This document shows, one piece after another, positions 10,675 to 20,649 of a stretch of 64,000 nt of DNA (positions are counted from its first letter, which is position 1; every line of letters begins with the position of its first letter). The stretch is taken from positions 96,001 to 160,000 of the forward strand of contig JAMOPO010000015.1 of the NCBI GenBank assembly GCA_027064425.1, written 5' to 3'. Origin of the DNA: Methanobacteriota archaeon (lineage in GTDB: Archaea; JAADCQ01; Methanopyri; Methanopyrales; Methanopyraceae). The position numbers were made by a program, and so were the translations under genes. The notes under the pieces are model-generated. The model worked only from the letters and a program-made list of their open reading frames with translations, was not told where the DNA came from and made no database searches.

Positions 10675-10982
10675 CGCTCCCGCCGCTCCTTGAGCTTCTC
10701 GGCGATCATCAGCAGGGTCTTCCGCTTGGACTCCACCTTATCGACGATCAGCCGGCCGCGGTCCTTCCACCAGCTCTTGGGGTACTGCTTGTCCCGCTGC
10801 ACCTCCGGGTTCAGGCCCAGCTCCTCCGCGACCCGCTTGATCTCGCTGAGCCGCGGGTTCCTCACGGCCAGCTTCTTCGGCACCTTCCTACCCTCCGAGC
10901 GCGACCGCTCGGCGTCGAAGTAAACGGGCCAGATCACGACACGGTCCTTGCCCTTCAGCTTGATCGTGGGCGTCTCCGACAT
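10671..10982 (-). CDS. srp19: Signal recognition particle protein SRP19
   Basis: VIWPVYFD..RSRSEGRKVPK..AV.NP, YPKSWW..GR. Confidence 0.95.
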   Translation of the reverse strand: MSETPTIKLKGKDRVVIWPVYFDAERSRSEGRKVPKKLAVRNPRLSEIKRVAEELGLNPEVQRDKQYPKSWWKDRGRLIVDKVESKRKTLLMIAEKLKERRER

Positions 10983-12253
10983 CTCGCCCCTCCCCACGGG
11001 AGGGCGGGAATTACCGGGAACTTCTTCCGATTACGATGCCCGGAACCACTCCCGGGCGACCCGGTATTGCCACTCCCGCCCTCCTGACCGGTCTCCGTCC
11101 TTTTACCTCCTCCCTGAGTCCCATGACGATCACCCTGACCGCCCACCTCTCCCGGGCTCTCCCGCCCGGCCCGCTCGCCACCGCTACCGGTGCCCGCGGG
11201 GTTCCCGCCGCCGTGCCCGCCGTGCTTAACGTAGTTTATGGGCACGGAGAGGAGGCGGAGCACCCTCACGTTGACCAGCGGTATCTCGACGATCTGGCCC
11301 CGAAAGGCCAGCTCCGCGAAGGGCTTCCGAACGATGCACTCCACCGGGATCCCGCGCCGGAGGAGCCGTCGCGCGATCTCGAGCACGTCGGAGATCGTTG
11401 AGGCCAGGAAGACGTAGAAGTGTGCACTCAGCCCGCCGCTCAGGCTGACGACCCGGTCGCCGACGAAGAAGGGCAGCAGGTCCTCGGGGACGCCGCTCTC
11501 CGGCACCGGGAACAGCAGCACCGGGACCTCGGCACCGGACTCCTGCAGCGGGTTCGAGACGGCCTCCACGGCCTCCGCGATGTTCAGCTCGAGCGAGTAG
11601 GACGGGACGAGGTAGTAATCCTCCCGCCAGTCGTAGTCCCGGGTCTGGAGCGCGGAGCAGTCCTTCACGATGAAGTACCGCCCGTCGTCCGAGACTCCCG
11701 CGAGCAGGACCGCGTGCATGGCGGGTGGGACGACGACGAACCACTTGCTCACCGCGGCCAGCGGCGCGTAGAGGACGACCCCGAGCCCGTTTGGGCGGTC
11801 CCGGGCTGCGGCCAGCGCGACGAGGGTGGGGAACCATGGTGGCGAGGTGGAGGCCATGGGGCCATCGTAGTACTCGTCCTCGGTCGGGATGCCGGTGACC
11901 CTGGTGAACCAGACCTCACGCCGCTCGAGCGCGAGCGGGGTGACCTCGGATCCCGCGGTGGGCCTCCAGATCCCTTCGGCCACGGCGATGTTGTAGAGGG
12001 TGAGCGCCGCGACCTCGCCGCACCAGGTGTGGTCGGGCCGGCCGTCGCCGTCCACGTCGCGGCCGAACTCGACCTGACCGAAGTCGGGGTTCGCGACCAC
12101 GAACCGGACGTGCGCTGGGTGGAGCAGCCGGACGTCGACGGGGCCCTGAGCCGTCCTCAGCGTGACCGCCGTGATGGTCCAGTCGTACTGCAGGACCTGC
12201 GCGGACGCGGCCGGGCTGGGAAGAAGCAGAAAGGCGATGAGGAGGGTGAGCAC
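10955..12253 (-). CDS. Secreted protein with putative papain-like (C39-type) Cys-His-Asp domain, Gly-rich linker and Pro/Arg tail
   Basis: Signal peptide; WCG, HAVLLAG, YFIVKD; tail KKFPVIPALPW..RRR. Confidence 0.6.
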   Translation of the reverse strand: MLTLLIAFLLLPSPAASAQVLQYDWTITAVTLRTAQGPVDVRLLHPAHVRFVVANPDFGQVEFGRDVDGDGRPDHTWCGEVAALTLYNIAVAEGIWRPTAGSEVTPLALERREVWFTRVTGIPTEDEYYDGPMASTSPPWFPTLVALAAARDRPNGLGVVLYAPLAAVSKWFVVVPPAMHAVLLAGVSDDGRYFIVKDCSALQTRDYDWREDYYLVPSYSLELNIAEAVEAVSNPLQESGAEVPVLLFPVPESGVPEDLLPFFVGDRVVSLSGGLSAHFYVFLASTISDVLEIARRLLRRGIPVECIVRKPFAELAFRGQIVEIPLVNVRVLRLLSVPINYVKHGGHGGGNPAGTGSGGERAGRESPGEVGGQGDRHGTQGGGKRTETGQEGGSGNTGSPGSGSGHRNRKKFPVIPALPWGGARCRRRPRSS

Positions 12254-12279
12254 GGGGCGCCCCCCAGGGGGTGTGGAGC

Positions 12280-12780
12280 GTGAAGCGGTTCGAGCTGGAC
12301 GTGGTCCTGCCCGACAAGCCCGGGCAGCTGGTGAAGATCCTGGAGCCGCTGTCGGAGGTCGGTGGGAACGTTATTAGCATTTCACACTCGCGGGACGGCG
12401 ACCGCGCGCGCGTTCACGTCGTGTTCGAGGCGGACGAGGAGGCGGCGGAGGAGTACTCCAGGCGGATCAGCGAGCTGGAGGACGTCAAGATCCTGCGGTT
12501 CGGCCGCGGCCCCGGGCACGAGATGGAGGTCATCCTGATCGGGCACATCGTGGACACGGACATCAAGGACACGATCGACCGGGTCAACGCGGTCGAGGGC
12601 GTGCAGGTCGTGGACGTCGACCTGGAGATGCCGGACCCGGAGAAGCGCTCGTCCGCCGGCTTCACCGTGATCTACGAGGACGAGGAGGCGCTCAGGGAGG
12701 CCGTCAAGGTCATCGAGGAGATCGCCGAGGAGAAGGATCTCACGGTCATCTTCCCGATGGAGGTGGTACGGTGCGTGTAG
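12280..12780 (+). CDS. Tandem ACT-domain protein (homoserine dehydrogenase regulatory subunit-like)
   Basis: DKPGQL..GGNVISISH, IGHIVDTD; overlaps the hom start. Confidence 0.88.
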   Translation: MKRFELDVVLPDKPGQLVKILEPLSEVGGNVISISHSRDGDRARVHVVFEADEEAAEEYSRRISELEDVKILRFGRGPGHEMEVILIGHIVDTDIKDTIDRVNAVEGVQVVDVDLEMPDPEKRSSAGFTVIYEDEEALREAVKVIEEIAEEKDLTVIFPMEVVRCV

Positions 12781-13793
12781 TCCGGCTGTTCGTGGTCGGG
12801 CTGGGCGCGGTCGGGCAGGGGCTGATGCGACTGCTCAAGAAGAAGCGCGAGCAGTACGCCCGGGAGCTGGGCCTCCGGGTCGAGCTGGTCGGGGTCGCGG
12901 ACTCGCGGGGCGTGTGGACGGGCGAGGACCTGGACCCCGAGGAGGTGCTCCGGGTTAAGTCCGAGCACGGGACGGTCGCCGAGGTGGGGGAGGAGGTCGA
13001 GGCCGTCCAGGCCATGGAGGACGTCGAGTTCGACGTCCTCGTCGAGCTGACGCCGACGGACATCGAGACCGGGGAGCCCGGCCTCTCGCACATCATGAAG
13101 GCGATCGAGCTGGGCCGGCACGTGGTCACGGCCAACAAGGGCCCGCTCGCGGTCGCCTACGGGGAGATCATGCGGGCGGCCGAGGAGAACGGGGTCATGA
13201 TCCGGTACGAGGCGACGGCCGGCGGCGCGATGCCCGTGTTCAACCTCGTCCGCGAGACGCTCAAGAGCGTGGACGTCCTCTCCATCGAGGGCGTCCTGAA
13301 CGGCACGGTCAACTACGTGCTCACGCGCATGGAGAGCGAGGGCATCTCCCTCGACGACGCCATCGCCGACGCCCAGTCCCGAGGGATCGCCGAGGCCGAC
13401 CCCAGCATGGACATCGAGGGCTGGGACACCGCCTGCAAGATCGTCATCCTCGCGAACTCCATCCTCGACGTCCCGTGCACCATCGACGACGTCGACGTGA
13501 CCGGGATCGAGGACATCACGCCCGAGGCCATCCGAATCGCCAACGAGCGCGGCTACCGGATCAAGCTCGTCGGCCGCGCCGACCGGGACGGCAACCTCGT
13601 CGTCAGGCCGTGCCTGGTCCCCAAGTCCGACCCCATCGCCCGCGTCCGCGGCGTCATGAACGTGGTCAGGCTGGAGACCGACGTGGCCGGGACCATCTAC
13701 GTCTCCGGCCGCGGCGCCGGCCCCCTGGAGACCGCCAGCGCCGTCATGAGCGACATCATCTCCATCGCCGAGCGCGCCTCACGGGAAGGGTAA
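12771..13793 (+). CDS. hom: Homoserine dehydrogenase
   Basis: GLGAVG, VVTANKGP, YEATAGGAMP, GVLNGT, DIEGWDTACK, GAGPLETA. Confidence 0.95.
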   Translation: MRVVRLFVVGLGAVGQGLMRLLKKKREQYARELGLRVELVGVADSRGVWTGEDLDPEEVLRVKSEHGTVAEVGEEVEAVQAMEDVEFDVLVELTPTDIETGEPGLSHIMKAIELGRHVVTANKGPLAVAYGEIMRAAEENGVMIRYEATAGGAMPVFNLVRETLKSVDVLSIEGVLNGTVNYVLTRMESEGISLDDAIADAQSRGIAEADPSMDIEGWDTACKIVILANSILDVPCTIDDVDVTGIEDITPEAIRIANERGYRIKLVGRADRDGNLVVRPCLVPKSDPIARVRGVMNVVRLETDVAGTIYVSGRGAGPLETASAVMSDIISIAERASREG

Positions 13794-14315
13794 CCACCGG
13801 AGCAGGCTCTCCAACACCGAGGACACGTGCCACTCCGACCGATCCTCCCCCGACCTCTCCACCACCTTCAGCGCCTCCGCCACGGCCGGCGAGAGCCCCC
13901 GGGCGTCCCGCAGCGCCTCCAACACGTCCCGCGAGAACCGCCGCACGACCCACTCGTCGTGATCCAGCAGCGCGTTCACGTACCCGCGCAGCCGGTGGCC
14001 CAGGTTCTCCAGCGCCAAGGCGAACGCCCCATCCGGATCCTCCGTCGACCTCTTCACCGCCCTCGCCAGCCCGCGCACGTCGAACTCCACCTCCCGACGG
14101 TACGCCCTCACGTACTCCAACCCGCGCAGCGCCGGCAGCGCGACCTCTCGATCCACCGGCTCCCCCTCCATCTCGATCCCCGTCACGTACAACACCGCGC
14201 CCACCTCAATGACCCGAGACCCGAGAGCCCGCCAGTGCTCCCGGCTCGGCGCCAGCCGCCCGCCCACGTACAGGCACAGAGAGCCCGCGAGCGTGGGGCT
14301 CGACACGCGGAACAC
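13779..14315 (-). CDS. Hypothetical protein
   Basis: Protein-like composition, GTG just after the upstream gene's stop; start uncertain. Confidence 0.55.
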   Translation of the reverse strand: MFRVSSPTLAGSLCLYVGGRLAPSREHWRALGSRVIEVGAVLYVTGIEMEGEPVDREVALPALRGLEYVRAYRREVEFDVRGLARAVKRSTEDPDGAFALALENLGHRLRGYVNALLDHDEWVVRRFSRDVLEALRDARGLSPAVAEALKVVERSGEDRSEWHVSSVLESLLRWLPFP

Positions 14316-14322
14316 CCCCCGG

Positions 14323-14802
14323 CTACTCCCAACCCCACCTCCTGCACACCTCCACGACCCGCCGAGCCGCCTCCACGTCACCCCGATCCACCTTCCCCTC
14401 CACACCCACCCGCTCCAGCGCCCGCGTCAGCAGCGCGCCCGCCCGGCTGGGCCGAGAGATATCGGCCTCCTGCCCACCACCGTGCCCCCGAAGCCACCCC
14501 AGCAGCAGCCAGAGCGTGCTCCTGATCCACGTGTAGGTGATGTGGCCCAGCGCCGCCAGGATCGCGAACGCCAGCCCCCACGTCGGCAACAGCTCCGAGA
14601 ACTGACCCCCGTTCAGCGCGACGTAGATCGCCGCCGCGCACACCAGCAGGTCCGCCACCGTGAACCAGGTGGTCGCCTCGATCCGACGCTCCAGCAGCAG
14701 CCCCGTCACCAGCGAGATCGCGGCCAGCACCATGCACACCATGGCCAGCACCGTCCACACCGTGACGTGCACCCGACCACCCCCCAGCTCACTCTCCCGC
14801 AC
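14323..14802 (-). CDS. Hypothetical membrane protein
   Basis: 3-4 hydrophobic helices, coupled to neighbours. Confidence 0.6.
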   Translation of the reverse strand: MRESELGGGRVHVTVWTVLAMVCMVLAAISLVTGLLLERRIEATTWFTVADLLVCAAAIYVALNGGQFSELLPTWGLAFAILAALGHITYTWIRSTLWLLLGWLRGHGGGQEADISRPSRAGALLTRALERVGVEGKVDRGDVEAARRVVEVCRRWGWE

Positions 14803-15667
14803 TCAGCTCCTCCAACCTCTCCGCAATCTCATCCATCAAATCTTCACCCACCAGCTCCCGACCCGCGATCTCCAGCACCGGCTCCTCCACCACCCGACCG
14901 ACCACCGAGACCGGACACCCACACTCCGAGCACACCCGCAGCACCTCCTCCACGTCGTCCTCCTCCACCACCGCCAGCACGTTGTCCCAGTTCCTTGTAA
15001 TCGACGAGTACGGGACCGAGTCCAGCCGCATCCCCACCCCCGACTTCGCGCACACCAGCGCCGCCATCGCCACCAGACCACCCTTCGTCACGTCCTTCGC
15101 CGCCTTCACCAGCCCCCGCCGCGCCACCTCCGGGAACGCCCGAAACAGCCTCCTGGCCTTCTCCATCCGCTCCTCGAACCCACCGTGGATCGGCTCCCCC
15201 ACGAGCACCACCACGTCCCCCGGCTCCGCCCCCTCATCCGTGATCGGCTCCGGCGCCACCAGCTCCCCCATGATCGTCAACGACACCTTCGGCTCCTCCA
15301 CGTCATCCTCCACCATCGTGTTCCCACCCAGCACCTCCAACCCCAGCTCCCGCGCCTGCCGCCCGATACACTCCGCCGCCTCCAACGCCCCCTCCTCCGA
15401 CGGCGCGATGATCGTGTCCACCACGAACCGCGGCCGCCCACCCACCACCAGCACGTCCGTCGCCGCGTGCACCACCGCCGACCTCCGCACCAGCCGAAAC
15501 GCGTAGGGACCATCCGCGCTCACCACCAGCCCGTCCTCCACGCTCACCACCGCCGCATCATCGAAGTCCGCCAGCCCCACCCGCGCCTCCGACCTCCTCG
15601 GCAGCAACCGCTTCACCACCTTCACGTCATCCACCGCGTACCGCAGCACGTGCTTCCGCAGGTCCAC
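14789..15667 (-). CDS. AIR-synthase/selenophosphate-synthetase-related (PurM-like fold) protein
   Basis: DDAAV, ATDVLVVGGRP, GGNT, AKDVTKGG; GTG (MDL...) after GGGGTGGT. Confidence 0.8.
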   Translation of the reverse strand: MDLRKHVLRYAVDDVKVVKRLLPRRSEARVGLADFDDAAVVSVEDGLVVSADGPYAFRLVRRSAVVHAATDVLVVGGRPRFVVDTIIAPSEEGALEAAECIGRQARELGLEVLGGNTMVEDDVEEPKVSLTIMGELVAPEPITDEGAEPGDVVVLVGEPIHGGFEERMEKARRLFRAFPEVARRGLVKAAKDVTKGGLVAMAALVCAKSGVGMRLDSVPYSSITRNWDNVLAVVEEDDVEEVLRVCSECGCPVSVVGRVVEEPVLEIAGRELVGEDLMDEIAERLEELSAGE

Positions 15668-16070
15668 CCCGACCACCCCCAGACAGTCCCCTGACCGGCA
15701 CGAAACTTGAGTCCTGCCCACGGGGTGGGGCCGGTTCACGGCGGCCGTCCTCGGGGATCGTTATGCGACACGAAACGATTCGCCCCGCAGCCCCGCCGCG
15801 TCATCGCAAGTGCCACCTGTGGAAGGCCGGGCGAGCGCGCTGGTCCCGGTAAGCACGGCGTATCGGGGCACTCCATCGGCCCCTCACCGAGTCCTCAGCG
15901 GGCCTCAGGCATCGAGAGACGCCGACACCTCTCCCCGCAGCGTTAACGGCGCGTCCACACTCAGGAAAACCCGCACCGCCCCCGTTCCCCAAGGAGAGTC
16001 TTCACATCGGAGTTGGGTCGGGAAGGGAAGTTAAGGAGATGTTGAGTTAAGCGGCGATCTGGGGGGCGCC

Positions 16071-17114
16071 GTGTTGCTGACTGCGCTGCTAGTCGTGTCG
16101 CTGGTCACGGTTACCAGCGTGACACAGCCCACCGAGGCGTTGACAGTCAATTCGGCGTCCAGGGACTGCCCGCCGTGGGTAGTGCCGGCGCTCTTCGTTC
16201 AGCTGCCTGGAGGAGGCGGTCTCGGATCCCCGAGCCTCACGGGCGACCGTTTCCTGCTCGTGGCACCGCTGTGGCGGGAAGGTGACCACCACCGGGTGAT
16301 CCTCGGCGCGTACGGGGTGGACGAGGTGGTCTTACCGCGGGGAGCGACCGTCCACCGTGTGTTAATTCCGAGCGGGGTGGAGTGGAAGTGGACTGAACTC
16401 TGCAGGCAGGCGGTTCCGCAGGGGCCGTGGCGTGAGGTCCGGTACTCTCTGCGAAAGTCGGACGGGCTGCTCCAGCTTAAGCCGTCGAAGGCCGTGGACA
16501 ACACGTTCGTAGTGGAGGCGAGCCTGCCCGCACGCGGCGAGTGGGTGCGGATCGCGCTGGCGCCGGGTGACTGGCTCGTGGCGCTGGGTTGGAGCATGGA
16601 CTTCAACGTGCTGACGCTGGACGGGAAGGTCCTGTTCCGGGGCCGGCACCCGTACGATGAGGTCGTGTACGACCTGCCGGACGGCGTGCACCTCGCGTTC
16701 TGGGTGCACTGGTACGGGCTGGACTTGAGTGGTGGAGAGAGGTGGACGAGAGTGCCACGCCTCGTAGCTAAGGGTGAAGTACCGAGCGAGTTCAATCCAA
16801 AATGGCAGTACGAGCACGGGCTGTTTTACGGGTACTGCACGGTGCTCGAGGTCCGGACGAGTAAGCCGCTAATCCTGGAGTTTAGAGCGCCGAGGCAAGG
16901 TGAGAAGTTAGAATCCCCCAACGAGCTCGTCGACCGGCGTGAGTTCGTCACGGAGGAGTTCGTGCGCAGCCACCAGTCACATTACGTGCCACCTATCCCT
17001 CCCTCGAAGTTGCTGTACGAAATCCTCAGGGCTCTGCCGGTGCTACCCCTGCTACCGCTCGTCGCTCCCACGGGAAGGCGTGAGGGGGGCCGGCGGAGAG
17101 AAAGGACCGACTGA
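16071..17114 (+). CDS. Secreted hypothetical protein with Pro-rich/Arg C-terminal tail
   Basis: Signal peptide; ends LPVLPLLPLVAPTGRR; atypical codon usage. Confidence 0.7.
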   Translation: MLLTALLVVSLVTVTSVTQPTEALTVNSASRDCPPWVVPALFVQLPGGGGLGSPSLTGDRFLLVAPLWREGDHHRVILGAYGVDEVVLPRGATVHRVLIPSGVEWKWTELCRQAVPQGPWREVRYSLRKSDGLLQLKPSKAVDNTFVVEASLPARGEWVRIALAPGDWLVALGWSMDFNVLTLDGKVLFRGRHPYDEVVYDLPDGVHLAFWVHWYGLDLSGGERWTRVPRLVAKGEVPSEFNPKWQYEHGLFYGYCTVLEVRTSKPLILEFRAPRQGEKLESPNELVDRREFVTEEFVRSHQSHYVPPIPPSKLLYEILRALPVLPLLPLVAPTGRREGGRRRERTD

Positions 17115-17742
17115 CTGCCGGCTCCGGCGAGCCTGGCGCGACCCCCTTTCCGCTTGCAGAGGCTTCCTGAGCGTCGGTACCAAAGCGGCCTGGGCGCCAG
17201 GCGGACGCACCACCGGGTTCTTCTTACTCCCGCACGGGTTCCTCCCGTCGCCGGCGCACTTGCGTTTGCGGATTGATGGAAGTGACGTGAAATCGCACCG
17301 CGTATGGCGAGGGAATAGCCGTTACCGGGTGGCCCTCGGCATGCGCGAGGGGAGGGAGTTGACCCTACCTCCAATCTGCGGGTTCGCGGACCGTTTCTAG
17401 TATCCGTTTTGCTTACGAGGTTGAGAGCTCTCTCGACCCAGTACCTAAGACTGAACTAACTTTAGGTTGCGCGCTCTCAACGGTTCCTCAATGAGGCAAC
17501 GTGCCACGGATCATTATTATCGATCCGTATTCGTGGGGCTTTGCGACGTACAGGGTCCCGTAGCGCTCCTCTCGTAGTGTTAACGGCGCGTTTACGCTCC
17601 GGCGAATCCATGCGATCTTCATTTTTCGCGGAGAGTTGGTGCCGGGGACGAGGGGACGGAGGCCTTCCCAGTCCTCACCCTCGCAGCTCGGTTTTCCCTG
17701 TGTGAGGCGAGCGTGGGAAGGTGATGCTCGGGGGAGCAGACG

Positions 17743-19380
17743 ATGGCCCGAGCCCTGCTGGTTCTACTAACCCTGGCGGCGGTCGCGACCCCCGCTTCGG
17801 GTGCCACCATCCTCCTACCGGACCTCGTGGGCCAAGCCATCGCGTTGGAGAAGGAGGGGCTGAGGCACGCCACCCCGGTGGCCACGAGAGGGCTCGTCGA
17901 ACGCTTCAACACGCTCGAGAATCTGGCCGTCGACTACGAGTATATATCAACCCCAGACCACCATGATCTCATCATCTTCTGCGGCGAGGTTCGCGTGAGG
18001 ATTACACCCGAAGAGGTCCGCGTAGAGTACTCGACCCAGCGTGGACCGGTCCGGCGCTCGCTATCCCTCAACCCCGAGCACACTTACCTCGTCCTCTCCC
18101 CGCAGGGCCTCCGTACGATCCCAGTCACACCACAGCATAGAGGCAAAGAACTCCCCATCCTCATCATTCGCGGCGGCCGAGCTTACGAGCCCACCACGTA
18201 CCTCCCGTCCTTCATCCTCGGGGACTACGCCGAGAACGTCACCCCACTCGACCAGGCCGTCGGACTCATGGGTGACTGGGACCTCCTCGTCCGGCTGAAG
18301 ATCGAGGGTGAGACCGTCGCCTTCGACCTCGTGAGGTCGGACGGCTCGGGCGCCTACCGCGTCGTCTGCGACCTAAGAACGGGGAGCGCCTGGCGCGAGC
18401 CCCTGCCGCCCGGGGAGGCCCGGAGGCTCCTCGACCTCGCCCGCGAGGACCTCGCCAAGCTCCACAAGCTGAAATCCGGCGAGCTCGAGAGCGAGCCGGG
18501 GCTACGACTGATCGTCTACGACGCCACCGAGGGCAGGGTCCTCCTGGAGCTCGCGCGCCCCTCCCTAAGGTTCATCCGGGAGTGTAACCCGCGTCTCGCA
18601 GGACTCCTCGAGCTCCTTCAACAAATTAGGATGGAGAGGCTCATCAAGTGGGATCTCCTCCAGCTCTCCCTCCGGGCTCACGAGCTCCAGGACCTCCTCG
18701 AGAGCGCGGGGCTCGCGAGCACGAGGGCGATCCGGTGCCTCCTGCACCCGGAGCTCGTCCTGGGGTCATACCTCCTCACGGCCGGTCTTGGACTTGCGGC
18801 CTTCCTGCCCTGGATCGAGCTGCTGAAACGCTTCCCGCGGCTAGGCGAGGCGCCCGAGTTCAGGTGGGAACCTTCGACCCTCCTTGAGTACGCGGAGCGC
18901 CTAGTGTACGCGGGGACCCTCTGCGGCGTAGAAGCCGCTTATCGGGTGTGCTGTAAGGTCGCCGTCGAGGTCCTACTGCGTGCCTTGGGGCTCTGGGATT
19001 ACGCGATGAACGGTAAAGTCCTAGAGCTCACGGGCTGCATTGTCTGGGCTCCGCTGTTCGAGGAATCGACGAAGCGGTTGATGAGTGCGCTCACCGGACT
19101 GCCACGATGGCTTGTGGGGCTCTGGTACGGGCTGTTAGAGGCCGTAGAATGGCGTGAAATCTGGCCGGGCGAGCTGAAACCTGTGAGGGTAGTCTGGAGG
19201 GTCATCGATCACATCGCGTACTCGGTCCTTCCGCTGCCACTCGGTGCGCTCCTGCACTCGCTTTGGAACGTGATAAGCGACCTCGGAGGCGAGATCCTCG
19301 AGTACTGGCCCGGAGTGCTTGGCATGACGCTCGCCGCACTTGGAGCACTGGTGGAGAACGCGCTGACTGGGGTGTGGTGA
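17743..19380 (+). CDS. PrsW/CPBP-like glutamic intramembrane protease with large extracellular N-terminal domain
   Basis: Signal peptide; TM region with APLFEESTK, YGLLE, DH, ALLHSLWN. Confidence 0.72.
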   Translation: MARALLVLLTLAAVATPASGATILLPDLVGQAIALEKEGLRHATPVATRGLVERFNTLENLAVDYEYISTPDHHDLIIFCGEVRVRITPEEVRVEYSTQRGPVRRSLSLNPEHTYLVLSPQGLRTIPVTPQHRGKELPILIIRGGRAYEPTTYLPSFILGDYAENVTPLDQAVGLMGDWDLLVRLKIEGETVAFDLVRSDGSGAYRVVCDLRTGSAWREPLPPGEARRLLDLAREDLAKLHKLKSGELESEPGLRLIVYDATEGRVLLELARPSLRFIRECNPRLAGLLELLQQIRMERLIKWDLLQLSLRAHELQDLLESAGLASTRAIRCLLHPELVLGSYLLTAGLGLAAFLPWIELLKRFPRLGEAPEFRWEPSTLLEYAERLVYAGTLCGVEAAYRVCCKVAVEVLLRALGLWDYAMNGKVLELTGCIVWAPLFEESTKRLMSALTGLPRWLVGLWYGLLEAVEWREIWPGELKPVRVVWRVIDHIAYSVLPLPLGALLHSLWNVISDLGGEILEYWPGVLGMTLAALGALVENALTGVW

Positions 19381-19385
19381 GGTAC

Positions 19386-20434
19386 ATGGGGGCCGGCGCT
19401 CCTCTTACCTCATCCTAGGGCTGTTCCTAGCGCTGGCCCCAGCTTCAGGGAAACCGCTGATCCTGGGGAGTCTCTCGGAGGACTTGAAGCTCCTGCAGGG
19501 GTACTTCCGAAATCAAGTCCTGCCCAAGTGGAGGGATGACCCGCGCGTGATCGTGGACGTCACGCAATACTCGGAGTCGCCAGCGAGGTGGGCGGTTTAC
19601 GTACCAAAGAAGGACCTTTTCGTGTACATGTTCGTGCCCTCGAGGATGCGGACGTCGGTTGAACCGGGGCGCGTTCAGGTGGTGCTTCCACCGGTGACGG
19701 GCGGGAGACCCGTCGTGGTAGAGGAGCGTTTGGAGAGCCCGGCGGTGGTTGTGAGCGTGGATCAATTCTGCCCACTGGCGAGCGCGTCCTTAGACGTCGT
19801 GGTGGGGGACCATGTGTGCAGCTTCCTCCGCATTGATGTTCCCGTGCTCGGAGGCCCTTGCTCGGTCGAGTACGTCCTCACCCTGAGGGTTGGGGACCGG
19901 ATGGTCGACGAGGAGGTTCTGAAATCGTTCGACCCGGTGGATGTGGAGTACGCGGTGTACCCGGACCGGGTGGTCATGAGGATATTCGGGATCCCGGAAG
20001 GGGTTGAGGACCGAGCGCTCGTCATCAACGCGACGTTCGACCTCCGGCGTGACAGGATCCTCGTTGAGCGCTGGGAGAGTGCGGACCCGAGGCTGATCTC
20101 CAGGCTGCGCGAGCTGAAGAGGAAGTGGGCCACGCCCCCTGAGGAAGGGATCGCGGAGTTCTTCGGTGGATTACTGCGCGAGCGCTCCGGCGTGAAGCCC
20201 CTCTTGGTGGGCTTCCAACTACCGCACGACGACCCGCTGGTGCGGTTCGTCGAGAAGGTAGTCAGGATGTACAACCAGGGCGCCGGTGAGGAGGAACTCC
20301 AGAAGGCCATGGAAGAGCACCCGAACGTCGAGTTCCTGTTCCCGAAAAAGGGTGCAAAGGAAGCTTCGAGGTTCCCAGTGTGGATGCCACCACTGCCACT
20401 AGTGCCGCAAGTGGGTCGCCGGAACAGCGCCTGA
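19386..20434 (+). pseudogene. Secreted hypothetical protein with Pro/Arg tail; start/signal peptide separated by a 1-nt frameshift in a G run
   Basis: SD GGTGAGGT plus ATG 19386 is out of frame with RRSSYLILGLFLALAPASG, which is in frame with ORF 19484-20434. Confidence 0.6.
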
Positions 20435-20649
20435 CGCTGCCGACCCCATAGGAGGCGTGTTAAACCGGGATGCTAAGTGGAAGGTGGGGCGGCGGTCCTT
20501 CGGCTCTAGGTACTGCGCCGCTCCGCTCCTTCACCACCCGTAAAATACGCGTAAGTGCGGCAACGTCAGTCCCGTGGCAGTGCGACTTCGGTGTGGTGCG
20601 AAATCTACAGTCATGAGTCATGGAAGCTTCCGGAGCTTGCCAAGGAGAC

